Shown piece by piece: positions 17,928 through 27,568 of a stretch of 64,000 nt of DNA (position 1 is its first letter; each line of letters opens with the position of its first letter). The notes below the pieces were generated by a model. It saw only the letters and a program-made list of their open reading frames with translations, searched no databases and was not told the origin of the DNA. Both the position numbers and the translations under genes were made by a program. This stretch comes from Escherichia phage TH09. The stretch lies in the sequence record MT446387.1. One strand, written 5' to 3'.

Positions 17928-18401
17928 ATGTTATTGACTGGCAAATTATATAAAGAAGAAAAACAGAAATTTTATGATGCACAAAATGGTAAATGTTTAA
18001 TTTGCCAACGAGAACTAAATCCTGATGTTCAAGCTAATCACCTCGACCATGACCATGAATTAAATGGACCAAAAGCAGGAAAGGTACGTGGATTGCTTTG
18101 TAATCTCTGCAATGCCGCAGAAGGTCAAATGAAACATAAATTTAATCGTTCTGGCTTAAAGGGGCAAGGTGTTGATTATCTTGAATGGTTAGAAAATTTA
18201 CTTACTTATTTAAAATCCGATTACACCCAAAATAATATTCACCCTAACTTTGTTGGAGATAAATCAAAGGAATTTTCTCGTTTAGGAAAAGAGGAAATGA
18301 TGGCTGAGATGCTTCAAAGAGGATTTGAATATAATGAATCTGACACTAAAACACAATTAATAGCTTCATTTAAGAAGCAGCTTAGAAAGAGTTTAAAATG
18401 A
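17928..18401 (+). CDS. 49: endonuclease VII (Holliday junction resolvase)
   Basis: 157 aa; CLIC...HLDHDHELNG zinc/H-N-H-like motif; matches T4 gp49 N-terminus MLLTGKLYKEEKQKFYDAQNGKC. Confidence 0.85.
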   Translation: MLLTGKLYKEEKQKFYDAQNGKCLICQRELNPDVQANHLDHDHELNGPKAGKVRGLLCNLCNAAEGQMKHKFNRSGLKGQGVDYLEWLENLLTYLKSDYTQNNIHPNFVGDKSKEFSRLGKEEMMAEMLQRGFEYNESDTKTQLIASFKKQLRKSLK

Positions 18402-20215
18402 CAATTGAAAAAGAAATTGAAGGATTGATTCATAAAACTAATAAAGACCTTTTAAACGAGAATGCTAATAAAGATTCTCGTGTTTTTCCAACTCAACGGG
18501 ACCTTATGGCTGGTATTGTGTCTAAACACATTGCCAAAAATATGGTCCCGTCTTTTATTATGAAAGCGCATGAAAGCGGAATTATTCATTTCCATGATAT
18601 TGATTATTCCCCTGCTCTTCCATTTACTAATTGTTGTTTAGTAGATTTAAAAGGAATGCTTGAGAACGGATTTAAGCTTGGCAATGCGCAGATTGAAACT
18701 CCTAAATCAATTGGCGTTGCTACTGCAATTATGGCACAAATTACTGCGCAAGTTGCTTCCCATCAATATGGCGGAACGACTTTTGCGAATGTAGATAAAG
18801 TACTTTCTCCTTATGTTAAACGCACCTATGCAAAACATATTGAGGATGCAGAAAAATGGCAAATCGCTGATGCGTTGAATTATGCTCAATCTAAAACAGA
18901 AAAAGACGTATACGATGCATTCCAAGCTTATGAATATGAAGTAAATACTCTCTTTAGTTCAAACGGACAAACACCTTTTGTAACAATTACATTTGGTACA
19001 GGAACTGACTGGACTGAACGAATGATTCAGAAAGCAATTCTGAAAAATCGTATTAAAGGTCTCGGTCGTGATGGGATAACTCCTATTTTCCCTAAGCTTG
19101 TTATGTTCGTTGAAGAAGGTGTTAATCTTTACAAAGACGATCCGAACTATGATATTAAACAGCTTGCTCTAGAGTGCGCAAGCAAAAGGATGTATCCTGA
19201 TATTATTTCAGCTAAGAACAATAAAGCTATCACCGGCTCATCTATTCCTGTTTCTCCAATGGGTTGTCGTAGTTTCTTGAGCGTATGGAAAGATTCGACT
19301 GGCAATGAAATTCTTGATGGACGTAATAATCTCGGTGTTGTAACACTGAATCTTCCTCGTATCGCGTTAGATTCTTATATTGGAACACAATTCAATGAAC
19401 AGAAATTTGTTGAATTGTTCAATGAACGAATGGATTTATGTTTTGAAGCATTGATGTGTAGAATTAGTTCCTTAAAAGGAGTTAAAGCGACTGTTGCTCC
19501 TATTCTTTACCAAGAAGGTGCATTCGGGGTTCGTCTTAAACCTGATGACGATATAATTGAGTTATTTAAAAATGGCAGAAGTTCAGTGTCTCTAGGATAC
19601 ATTGGTATTCACGAATTGAATATTCTTGTCGGTCGTGATATTGGACAAGAAATTTTAACTAAAATGAATGCTCATCTTAAGCAGTGGACTGAAAGAACTG
19701 GGTTTGCTTTTAGTTTATATTCGACTCCTGCTGAAAACCTTTGTTATCGCTTCTGTAAACTTGATACAGAAAAATATGGAAGCGTAAAAGATGTTACTGA
19801 TAAAGGCTGGTACACTAATAGTTTCCATGTTTCAGTAGAAGAAAATATTACTCCGTTTGAAAAGATTTCTCGTGAAGCGCCATATCATTTCATTGCGACA
19901 GGTGGTCACATTTCTTATGTTGAACTTCCTGATATGAAAAATAATCTAAAAGGTCTTGAGGCCGTATGGGATTATGCTGCACAGCATTTAGATTATTTTG
20001 GTGTTAACATGCCAGTAGATAAGTGTTTTACATGCGGAAGTACTCATGAAATGACTCCTACTGAAAACGGATTTGTTTGTTCTATCTGTGGAGAAACTGA
20101 TCCTAAAAAGATGAACACAATAAGAAGAACATGTGGTTATTTGGGAAATCCGAACGAACGCGGATTTAATCTTGGCAAAAATAAAGAAATCATGCATAGG
20201 GTTAAACACCAATGA
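18398..20215 (+). CDS. nrdD: anaerobic ribonucleoside-triphosphate reductase
   Basis: 605 aa continuous ORF; C-terminal Zn ribbon CFTCG...CSICG and glycyl-radical motif RRTCGYLG; no intron interruption. Confidence 0.9.
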   Translation: MTIEKEIEGLIHKTNKDLLNENANKDSRVFPTQRDLMAGIVSKHIAKNMVPSFIMKAHESGIIHFHDIDYSPALPFTNCCLVDLKGMLENGFKLGNAQIETPKSIGVATAIMAQITAQVASHQYGGTTFANVDKVLSPYVKRTYAKHIEDAEKWQIADALNYAQSKTEKDVYDAFQAYEYEVNTLFSSNGQTPFVTITFGTGTDWTERMIQKAILKNRIKGLGRDGITPIFPKLVMFVEEGVNLYKDDPNYDIKQLALECASKRMYPDIISAKNNKAITGSSIPVSPMGCRSFLSVWKDSTGNEILDGRNNLGVVTLNLPRIALDSYIGTQFNEQKFVELFNERMDLCFEALMCRISSLKGVKATVAPILYQEGAFGVRLKPDDDIIELFKNGRSSVSLGYIGIHELNILVGRDIGQEILTKMNAHLKQWTERTGFAFSLYSTPAENLCYRFCKLDTEKYGSVKDVTDKGWYTNSFHVSVEENITPFEKISREAPYHFIATGGHISYVELPDMKNNLKGLEAVWDYAAQHLDYFGVNMPVDKCFTCGSTHEMTPTENGFVCSICGETDPKKMNTIRRTCGYLGNPNERGFNLGKNKEIMHRVKHQ

Positions 20216-20682
20216 ATTATGATAGATTTTATCCTTGCGATTTTGTTAATGGCCCTGGTTGCAGGGTCGTTCTTTTCGTTACAGGTTGTTTGCATAAATG
20301 CGAAGGGTGTTATAATAAATCAACATGGAATGCTAGAAATGGTATTCCATTCACTGGAGAGACACTAGAGCAATTAATTGAATGTTTGAATAATGATTAT
20401 ATAGAAGGATTAACTATAACTGGGGGTGACCCTCTTTATCCTGATAACAGAGATGTGATTCATTGCATTGTTCAAACAGTAAAAAATCTTTATCCCAATA
20501 AAAGCATTTGGTTGTGGACAGGATATAAATTTGAAGATATTAAACAACTAGAAATGCTTAAATATGTTGATGTTATTATTGATGGGAAGTATGAGAAAAA
20601 TCTTCCGACCAAAAAGCTGTGGCGAGGATCAGATAATCAGCGACTTTGGTCAAATACCGATGGGGTGTGGAAACATGATTAA
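20212..20682 (+). CDS. nrdG: anaerobic RNR activating enzyme (radical SAM)
   Basis: 156 aa; cysteine cluster CLHKCEGC; ATGA overlap with nrdD. Confidence 0.85.
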   Translation: MNYDRFYPCDFVNGPGCRVVLFVTGCLHKCEGCYNKSTWNARNGIPFTGETLEQLIECLNNDYIEGLTITGGDPLYPDNRDVIHCIVQTVKNLYPNKSIWLWTGYKFEDIKQLEMLKYVDVIIDGKYEKNLPTKKLWRGSDNQRLWSNTDGVWKHD

Positions 20683-20796
20683 ATTGAATTATATTATGGA
20701 CACTATAAATGATATGATTTTTCATTTTGGTCCAGAATTTTATTCGCAATATAGTTTAGTGCTTATCAATGCTTGGTTAATCAATTAAGGGTAAAT

Positions 20797-21009
20797 ATGT
20801 ATAAATTTCGTAAAGGTTTAGCTGATTTTCTTACAACCGTAACATTCTTTTTGTTTATGGCAGTTGGAGCTATTTTCCTTATTCCTTTTATTGCTATATT
20901 TTTCGTGATTAGTTTGATTTCTCCAGAAAAAGGACTATCTTCTAGTGAGTTCAATGAGCGTCTGGATAAAATTACTAATAAGCTGAATTCTGCTCTTAGT
21001 AAGGAATAG
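20797..21009 (+). CDS. small membrane protein
   Basis: track ORF 20773..21009; ATG 20797 after aagggtaaat SD; hydrophobic core TVTFFLFMAVGAIFLIPFIAIFFVISLI. Confidence 0.4.
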   Translation: MYKFRKGLADFLTTVTFFLFMAVGAIFLIPFIAIFFVISLISPEKGLSSSEFNERLDKITNKLNSALSKE

Positions 21010-21011
21010 TT

Positions 21012-21320
21012 GTGAAACAAAACAAGATTGAAGTCTATGGAATTCCAGATGAAGTAGGTCGTTGTCCTGGATGTCAATCAGTTACAAAACTTCTAAAGGA
21101 GCTCAATGCTCCTTTTACTTTCTATAAAGTTCTTACAAATAATGGTAAGATTGAGTATGATCGTCCACTGATTGTATCTCTTGCTAAACGCGCTGGATTC
21201 ACATCTCTTAACATTCGTTATCCAGTCATTTTCATCAATGATTCTAGACAAAAGAACATTAAACACTTCAAAGAAACTCTCATTTCACTTGGATATGATA
21301 GAGATATCATAGAAGACTAA
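21012..21320 (+). CDS. nrdH: glutaredoxin-like protein NrdH
   Basis: 102 aa; CPGC redox motif; apparent GTG start. Confidence 0.6.
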   Translation: MKQNKIEVYGIPDEVGRCPGCQSVTKLLKELNAPFTFYKVLTNNGKIEYDRPLIVSLAKRAGFTSLNIRYPVIFINDSRQKNIKHFKETLISLGYDRDIIED

Positions 21321-21323
21321 GAC

Positions 21324-21346
21324 GGGCCCTCTGGGCCTTTCTTTCT
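21324..21346 (+). terminator. terminator-like GC hairpin
   Basis: ggccc-tct-gggcc followed by T-rich tract. Confidence 0.45.
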
Positions 21347-21418
21347 TACATTCTGTATATTACCATTCTAAGCTATCGTTCCCTTCTTATCATTCCCTAA
21401 AATAATTTTCACAAAGTT

Positions 21419-21448
21419 GTTTACAACAAGTTCAAACCGTGGTATTAT
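21419..21448 (+). promoter_or_regulatory. early promoter (GTTTACA-N17-TATTAT)
   Basis: aaaataattttcacaaagttgtttacaacaagttcaaaccgtggtattat. Confidence 0.55.
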
Positions 21449-21478
21449 TAACATATGAATTGCCTTTGAGGATTTGAT

Positions 21479-21661
21479 ATGGTTGTGGTTGATAAAGAAA
21501 TTAAAAAGGGACAATATTATTTTATTAATGGTAATGTTGTTCGTGTTACTTACGTAAATGGTTATGATGTTTATTATCTTATACTTAAGTTACATAAACA
21601 CATGATTTGTGATCGTGCTGTATTTAGTTCAGTTGCTAAGGAAATTAAACTCCATGGGTAA
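21479..21661 (+). CDS. hypothetical small protein
   Basis: 60-aa ORF. Confidence 0.4.
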   Translation: MVVVDKEIKKGQYYFINGNVVRVTYVNGYDVYYLILKLHKHMICDRAVFSSVAKEIKLHG

Positions 21662-21947
21662 AACGTATCGTCGTAAAGACTTGAAAGTTCGTGATTATGA
21701 CTATTTCGGAAAGCGTAAAGCCCCTGATGGGGTAAGTCATAAAGATATGGTTGAAAACATTTTTCGCTCAGATAAATGGCGTAGAATGAAAGGCATTGAT
21801 TCAGAAGTTAAAGATGAGCTAAATCGCCAATTACGTGGTGAAGTAAGAAAGTTGAAAAAATCAGTTTACATTGACGATGATTTTGATTACAATACATCTC
21901 AACGAGTTGCTAAGCGCAAATCAAACGAGTGTTATCGTTACAGCTGA
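21654..21947 (+). CDS. hypothetical basic protein
   Basis: track ORF 21609..21947; internal ATG 21654 overlaps upstream stop. Confidence 0.35.
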   Translation: MGKTYRRKDLKVRDYDYFGKRKAPDGVSHKDMVENIFRSDKWRRMKGIDSEVKDELNRQLRGEVRKLKKSVYIDDDFDYNTSQRVAKRKSNECYRYS

Positions 21948-22086
21948 GGAAAATATGAATATCAAACGAATGCTTTTTAAGCAGGGGTTATACACTTTAA
22001 ATGTTACTCCAAAAGGCGATACAACTAAGTGGTCAGTAAATGACTGGATTAAATTTATTGATGAAAATGGTAACTGGAAAATTTAA

Positions 22087-22287
22087 ATGAATCCTGAATC
22101 TAAATTATCGCAACGAATTGCTGAAGCTCGTCGTCAGTTCTTTGAAAATATGATAGCCCAAGGTATTGATGACGAAGTTTTTCTAAACTGGTTTTGGAAT
22201 CACAAATATTCAAAATGCTCAGGAGCAATATTAATATCAGCCGCAATGATGTACGAAGGCTGGAAGGGTGCCAAACAGTTTAGCTAA
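22087..22287 (+). CDS. hypothetical small protein
   Basis: 66-aa ORF followed by terminator. Confidence 0.4.
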   Translation: MNPESKLSQRIAEARRQFFENMIAQGIDDEVFLNWFWNHKYSKCSGAILISAAMMYEGWKGAKQFS

Positions 22288-22305
22288 GGGCTTCGGCCCT
22301 TTTTG
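22288..22305 (+). terminator. intrinsic terminator hairpin + U-run
   Basis: gggc-ttcg-gccc followed by ttttt. Confidence 0.65.
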
Positions 22306-22339
22306 GATAATAAAATTTTAACGCAATTGAGGATAATGT

Positions 22340-22666
22340 ATGACTATTCAAATTAAAAACGCCATCAATTCTTATGCATATGATAAAGTAGTTTCTTTGC
22401 TAGAAAAAGGCGATATTGTAACTCCTCAAAGTTTGGATAAATGGGAAAAAGAGCTTCATCAGACGATGAAACAGAATGATCAGAAGATTGGACGCAACAC
22501 TATCCGCGAATTGTTGGTTCAATATATCTTGTCAGAATTTGATGTTAAAGCTTTTGGCGTAGAATCTAAAGCTTATCAAAAACATGAAATTTCCGATAAA
22601 ACTATTCGTCGTATGAAAAATCAACGCAAGAAAAAATTTGCTGACCTGAAAATTACTAAGGTATAA
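22340..22666 (+). CDS. hypothetical protein
   Basis: 108-aa ORF. Confidence 0.4.
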   Translation: MTIQIKNAINSYAYDKVVSLLEKGDIVTPQSLDKWEKELHQTMKQNDQKIGRNTIRELLVQYILSEFDVKAFGVESKAYQKHEISDKTIRRMKNQRKKKFADLKITKV

Positions 22667-22668
22667 TT

Positions 22669-22884
22669 ATGAACGAAGCTCTTATTAACGATTTGCGTCT
22701 TGCCGGATATGAAGTAAATACAAATGGCATTGGTTTAACTCAAATTGAAGGAAATGGATTCATCCTTGAGTATGAATTTAGCCAATGGTGGTTATACGCT
22801 AATTACGGCGAATTGATTGAATACGTCGACCAATTTGATTCACTAGATGCAGCTCTCGAAGCGGCTAAGTTGATGAATGTATGA
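22669..22884 (+). CDS. hypothetical small acidic protein
   Basis: 71-aa ORF. Confidence 0.4.
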   Translation: MNEALINDLRLAGYEVNTNGIGLTQIEGNGFILEYEFSQWWLYANYGELIEYVDQFDSLDAALEAAKLMNV

Positions 22885-23150
22885 AATTTATTAATATTTC
22901 TATTACTATTGAAAATTATGGAATTTTCTATGTTGACCAATACATGAAAATTTCATTTTTCCCAAATAAGACTGGTGTTGGATATTGGGAAAGCCATGTT
23001 TCTGAATTAAATGAAAGCGAATATGCTAGCACACATGAAAAGTTTTTAGACTTTTTATATCATGCTGATTTAACTAGTCATTATATAGATATTCATGAAT
23101 TTAAAAAGATGATGGAAAAAGTGTTCCAAGCATACTGCTTACTTAGATAA
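22881..23150 (+). CDS. hypothetical protein
   Basis: 89-aa ORF, ATGA overlap. Confidence 0.4.
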   Translation: MKFINISITIENYGIFYVDQYMKISFFPNKTGVGYWESHVSELNESEYASTHEKFLDFLYHADLTSHYIDIHEFKKMMEKVFQAYCLLR

Positions 23151-23160
23151 CTGATATCCT

Positions 23161-23199
23161 CTATGCTTTAAGATAGATCTTCAAATATTATGATATAAT
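23161..23199 (+). promoter_or_regulatory. candidate middle promoter (MotA box TGCTTTA + -10) within 7-bp inverted repeat
   Basis: ctatgctttaagatagatcttcaaatattatgatataat upstream of gene 55; -10 assignment ambiguous (TATTAT or TATAAT). Confidence 0.4.
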
Positions 23200-23228
23200 A
23201 GATCTATGAATTGAGCTAAGAGGTGAAA

Positions 23229-23786
23229 ATGTCAGAAACTAAGCCTAAATATAATTACGTAAACAATAAAGAGCTTTTACAAGCTATTATTGATTGGAAA
23301 ACAGAATTAGCAAATAATAAAGACCCAAATAAAGTAGTTCGTCAGAATGATACTATCGGATTAGCCATTATGCTTATTGCAGAAGGCTTATCTAAACGTT
23401 TCAACTTTTCAGGATACACCCAGTCTTGGAAACAAGAAATGATTGCAGATGGTATAGAAGCTTCTATTAAGGGGCTTCACAATTTTGATGAAACGAAATA
23501 TAAAAACCCACATGCGTATATAACTCAAGCTTGTTTTAATGCATTCGTCCAGCGTATTAAAAAAGAACGTAAGGAAGTTGCAAAGAAATATAGTTACTTC
23601 GTTCACAATGTCTATGACAGTCGTGACGACGATATGGTTGCGTTAGTAGATGAAACTTTTATTCAAGACATCTACGATAAAATGACGCATTACGAAGAAT
23701 CAACCTATAGAACACCCGGGGCTGAAAAGAAAAGTGTTGTAAACGATTCTCCTAGTTTGGATTTTTTATATGAGGCTAACGATTAA
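23229..23786 (+). CDS. 55: late-transcription sigma factor gp55
   Basis: 185 aa from ATG 23229; [23 protein letters not shown] matches T4 gp55. Confidence 0.85.
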   Translation: MSETKPKYNYVNNKELLQAIIDWKTELANNKDPNKVVRQNDTIGLAIMLIAEGLSKRFNFSGYTQSWKQEMIADGIEASIKGLHNFDETKYKNPHAYITQACFNAFVQRIKKERKEVAKKYSYFVHNVYDSRDDDMVALVDETFIQDIYDKMTHYEESTYRTPGAEKKSVVNDSPSLDFLYEAND

Positions 23787-23988
23787 CCTCTCCGGATTCT
23801 TGGAAGAAATACCTGAAGTTGAAGCTATTCCCTATTTGCTTAAAATGTATCTCAGGGAAGTTTTAGCTCTTGACATTGATATTGATCCAGAAAATCCGTA
23901 TGATACCGCTTTTAAATCTAATGGTGTAGAATTAAATTACAGGTATCATTTAACAGATGATGATTTTTATTTTATATTAGAGAAATAA
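23770..23988 (+). CDS. hypothetical small protein
   Basis: 72-aa ORF. Confidence 0.35.
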   Translation: MRLTINLSGFLEEIPEVEAIPYLLKMYLREVLALDIDIDPENPYDTAFKSNGVELNYRYHLTDDDFYFILEK

Positions 23989-23989
23989 T

Positions 23990-24307
23990 ATGACTGATAA
24001 ACCCGAAATTAATGATGAAGTGGAAAAGCTTATTTCTTCTATTGAAGAAAAGAACCGTCTTGAAGCAGAAAGAAAAGCAAATAAGTTATTGTCTAAAAAC
24101 AAACGCGAACTGAATCGTCTTTATAAGCACGCTCAGATCGCAGCTGAAAACAATAATTTTGCTCAATACGAATATGCTATCAAGAAAAGTCGGGATATTC
24201 TAAAACAGCCATATAACGATGAACTCATCAGTATTCTTTGGAAGACTACTAGATCGCAAATTGAGGATATGATTGATGCTTACACACGTAAAATTCAAGC
24301 GTCTTAA
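23990..24307 (+). CDS. hypothetical protein
   Basis: 105-aa ORF. Confidence 0.4.
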   Translation: MTDKPEINDEVEKLISSIEEKNRLEAERKANKLLSKNKRELNRLYKHAQIAAENNNFAQYEYAIKKSRDILKQPYNDELISILWKTTRSQIEDMIDAYTRKIQAS

Positions 24308-24479
24308 AATTAATGCAGGATTTACTGAATCTTTGAATGGTCATCTTTGTGTGAAAATTTCTGAAAAAGAATACCATGATAGTTCAATTAAAGAAGTTAA
24401 TCCTCCTATTGTAAGAGCAGACCCTAATATGAAAGTGTGGGTTGATTCTTATCAAGTCAAAAAATGGTGGCAGTTATGA
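24273..24479 (+). CDS. hypothetical small protein
   Basis: 68-aa ORF overlapping upstream gene end. Confidence 0.3.
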   Translation: MMLTHVKFKRLKINAGFTESLNGHLCVKISEKEYHDSSIKEVNPPIVRADPNMKVWVDSYQVKKWWQL

Positions 24480-24672
24480 AAGATGAACATCCAGACTTCT
24501 GAAATAGATTATAATAAAATTCGTTCCTCTAAAGAGGAAATGATGAGACGCTTTAAAGAGTCTCATGATAAAGCTAAAGCAGAAGGAACTATAAAATATA
24601 AGCGCATAAAATTTAAAAGTTCTAACGAGCCTCTGTATGGCGTATTATGCGGATAGGAGCTTCGGCTCCTAT

Positions 24673-24698
24673 ATTGCTTTATAAATTTTTGGTAAAAT
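24673..24698 (+). promoter_or_regulatory. candidate middle promoter (MotA box ATTGCTTTA, -10 TAAAAT)
   Basis: attgctttataaatttttggtaaaat about 25 nt upstream of a-gt. Confidence 0.4.
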
Positions 24699-24722
24699 AA
24701 ACCAAAACAAAGAGGATATTAA

Positions 24723-25925
24723 ATGAAAGTATGTATTTTTATGGCTCGAGGTCTTGAAGGTTGTGGTGTAACAAAATTCTCACTCGAGCAACGTGATTGG
24801 TTTATTAAAAATGGTCATGAAGTAACTTTGGTTTATGCTAAAGATAAATCATTTACTCGTAATTGCGCGCATGATTATAAATCATTTTCAATTCCGGTTT
24901 TATTGGCAAAAGAATATGATAAAACACTTAAGCTGGTAAATGATTGTGATATTCTAATTATCAATTCGGTTCCTGCTACTTCGGTTGAAGAAGACACGAT
25001 TAATAACTATAAAAAAATTATTGATAACATTAAACCTTCTGTTCGTGTTGTAGTTTATCAACATGACCATTCTTCTCTTTCTTTGCGTCGAAATTTGGGA
25101 TTAGAAGAAACTGTTCGTCGAGCTGATGTTATTTTTAGCCATTCTGATAATGGTGATTTTAATAAAGTTCTGATGAAAGAGTGGTATCCTGAAACAGTTT
25201 CTCTGTTTGATGATATTGAAGAAGCGCCGACAGTATATAACTTTCAGCCTCCGATGGATATTGCGAAGGTTCGATCAACCTACTGGAAAGATGTTTCTGA
25301 AATTAACATGAATATCAACCGTTGGATTGGTCGTACTACTACATGGAAAGGTTTTTATCAGATGTTTGATTTTCATGAAAAACATCTTAAACCTGCAGGA
25401 CTAAGTACTATTATGGAAGGTCTGGAACGTTCTCCAGCGTTTATTCCTATTAAAGAAAAAGGAATTCCATACGAGTATTATCGTCTTCATCAAGTAGACC
25501 AAATTAAAATTGCTCCTAATTTGCCAACGCAAATTCTTGACCGTTATGTAAATAGCGAAATGCTTGAACGCATGAGTAAATCCGGTTTTGGTTATCAGTT
25601 GAGTAAGTTGGATAAAAAATATCTACAACGTTCTTTAGAATATACTCATCTCGAGCTTGGTGCATGTGGAACAATTCCGGTATTTTGGAAATCTACTGGC
25701 GAAAATTTAAAATTCCGTGTTGATAATAATCCTTTGACCTCGCATGATAGCGGTATCATTTGGTTTGATGAAAATGACATGGAATCAACATTTGAACATA
25801 TTAAAGAACTGTCATCTGACCGAGCTCTTTATGACCGTGAGCGAGAAAAAGCATATGAATTTTTGTATCAGCATCAAGATTCAAGCTTCTGCTTTAAAGA
25901 ACAGTTTGACATTATTACAAAATAA
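24723..25925 (+). CDS. a-gt: DNA alpha-glucosyltransferase
   Basis: 400 aa; N-terminus ...CIFMARGLEGCGVTKFSLEQRDWFIKNGHEVTLVYAKDKSF matches T4 alpha-gt. Confidence 0.85.
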   Translation: MKVCIFMARGLEGCGVTKFSLEQRDWFIKNGHEVTLVYAKDKSFTRNCAHDYKSFSIPVLLAKEYDKTLKLVNDCDILIINSVPATSVEEDTINNYKKIIDNIKPSVRVVVYQHDHSSLSLRRNLGLEETVRRADVIFSHSDNGDFNKVLMKEWYPETVSLFDDIEEAPTVYNFQPPMDIAKVRSTYWKDVSEINMNINRWIGRTTTWKGFYQMFDFHEKHLKPAGLSTIMEGLERSPAFIPIKEKGIPYEYYRLHQVDQIKIAPNLPTQILDRYVNSEMLERMSKSGFGYQLSKLDKKYLQRSLEYTHLELGACGTIPVFWKSTGENLKFRVDNNPLTSHDSGIIWFDENDMESTFEHIKELSSDRALYDREREKAYEFLYQHQDSSFCFKEQFDIITK

Positions 25926-25926
25926 A

Positions 25927-25941
25927 GGGCTTCGGCCCTTT
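25927..25941 (+). terminator. terminator hairpin GGGC-UUCG-GCCC
   Basis: gggcttcggccc followed by ttt. Confidence 0.5.
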
Positions 25942-25966
25942 AGCTTTATACGGAGTTTGATATAAT
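25940..25966 (+). promoter_or_regulatory. candidate middle promoter (AGCTTTA box variant + TATAAT)
   Basis: tttagctttatacggagtttgatataat; same hairpin+box arrangement as upstream of gene 39. Confidence 0.35.
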
Positions 25967-26105
25967 GATATTTCTTGGATATGTGATACTTTTTCTTGCA
26001 TTTTATCTATTCACTAGAGCATGCTGGATTGGTTTCTTTAGCACTCCAGATGGATTTATTTCAATAATTTTATTTTGCATTTCAATGACGGTTCTTGATA
26101 TATGA
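25965..26105 (+). CDS. small membrane peptide (about 46 aa)
   Basis: MIFLGYVILFLAFYLF...; ATGA overlap with gene 47 start. Confidence 0.3.
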   Translation: MIFLGYVILFLAFYLFTRACWIGFFSTPDGFISIILFCISMTVLDI

Positions 26106-27121
26106 AAATTTTAAATTTAGGTGATTGGCATTTAGGCGTTAAAGCCGATGATGAGTGGGTTCAATCTATTCAGTTGGATGGAATTAAACAAGCAATAGAA
26201 TATTCTAAGAAAAATGGAATTACTACATGGATTCAATACGGCGATATTTTTGATGTGCGAAAAGCAATCACACATAAAACTATGGAGTTCGCTCGTGAAA
26301 TAGTTCAAATGCTTGATGATGCTGGTATTACCCTACATACTGTTGTAGGAAACCATGATATGCACTTTAAAAATACTTTAACTCCAAATGCCTCTACTGA
26401 GCTTTTGGCTAAATATCCTAATGTTAAAGTATATGATAAGCCTACTACAGTAGATTTTGACGGGTGTTTGATTGATTTGATTCCTTGGATGTGCGAAGAA
26501 AATACTGGTGAAATTCTTGAACACATCAAAACTTCATCTGCTTCTTTTTGTGTTGGTCACTGGGAGCTGAATGGATTTTATTTTTATAAAGGAATGAAAT
26601 CTCACGGTCTTGAACCTGATTTCCTTAAGACTTATAAAGAGGTGTGGTCTGGTCACTTCCATACTATCTCTGAGGCTGCTAACGTCAGATATATTGGGAC
26701 ACCATGGACACTAACTGCAGGTGACGAGAATGACCCTCGTGGGTTCTGGATGTTTGATACAGAAACAGAACGAATGGAATTTATTCCAAACAATACTACC
26801 TGGCACCGTAGAATTCATTATCCATTTAAAGGAAAAATTGACTATAAAGATTTTACAAATCTATCAGTACGTGTTATAGTAACTGAAGTAGACAAAAATC
26901 TGACGAAGTTCGAATCTGAACTAGAAAAAGTTGTGCATTCATTACGAGTTGTGTCAAAGATTGATAACTCTGTCGAGTCAGATGACAGTGAAGAAGTTGA
27001 AGTTCAATCTCTTCAGACGTTGATGGAAGAATACATTAATGCAATTCCAGACATCACTGATTCTGATCGTGAAGCACTTATTCAATATGCAAATCAGTTA
27101 TATGTAGAGGCAACACAATGA
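26102..27121 (+). CDS. 47: recombination endonuclease subunit gp47 (Mre11/SbcD-like)
   Basis: 339 aa; phosphoesterase motifs GDWHLG, GNHD. Confidence 0.85.
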   Translation: MKILNLGDWHLGVKADDEWVQSIQLDGIKQAIEYSKKNGITTWIQYGDIFDVRKAITHKTMEFAREIVQMLDDAGITLHTVVGNHDMHFKNTLTPNASTELLAKYPNVKVYDKPTTVDFDGCLIDLIPWMCEENTGEILEHIKTSSASFCVGHWELNGFYFYKGMKSHGLEPDFLKTYKEVWSGHFHTISEAANVRYIGTPWTLTAGDENDPRGFWMFDTETERMEFIPNNTTWHRRIHYPFKGKIDYKDFTNLSVRVIVTEVDKNLTKFESELEKVVHSLRVVSKIDNSVESDDSEEVEVQSLQTLMEEYINAIPDITDSDREALIQYANQLYVEATQ

Positions 27122-27381
27122 CTTTTGATGAATTTAAAAATGTTATGATGAGTCAGCATTTTGAATGCGAAGTAAAAGATGATATTGGTCATAAAGAAAT
27201 TATTGAATATTGGTTTGAACCGCTAGAGGTTGAAGATAATTGTATTAAAAAGGTTACAGTCTGCACTGACTGGGCTGTATCTTTTAACTTCAACATTTTA
27301 GATAATGACACACCTAAATCATTGCGAGATATGGCTGTATCTTGTATTAAGGATGCATACTGTGAAGTTTTCGACATTTGA
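27118..27381 (+). CDS. hypothetical protein
   Basis: 87-aa ORF, ATGA overlap with 47. Confidence 0.4.
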   Translation: MTFDEFKNVMMSQHFECEVKDDIGHKEIIEYWFEPLEVEDNCIKKVTVCTDWAVSFNFNILDNDTPKSLRDMAVSCIKDAYCEVFDI

Positions 27382-27568
27382 CATTAATGATGAATTCATA
27401 GCAAATATTGATTATACCGAAGAAGATTCTAGATATGTTGGAATAATTTATATTACATCAAAAACAACACAAGGTGTTGTTTGCGTGGCTGAATTTGATG
27501 AATACTTTTTAGATTATGATGATATGATAGAATGGTCTAAAAGATACATTAAAAGGAATCTTTTGTGA
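27362..27568 (+). CDS. hypothetical small protein (start uncertain)
   Basis: track ORF 27305..27568 overlaps upstream gene; GTG 27362 with taagga SD is a plausible start. Confidence 0.3.
   Translation: MKFSTFDINDEFIANIDYTEEDSRYVGIIYITSKTTQGVVCVAEFDEYFLDYDDMIEWSKRYIKRNLL

Noticed and set aside
18398-20215. Possible group I intron or I-TevIII homing endonuclease in nrdD
   Set aside because: The ORF is continuous at 605 codons with no frame interruption and no endonuclease-sized insert.
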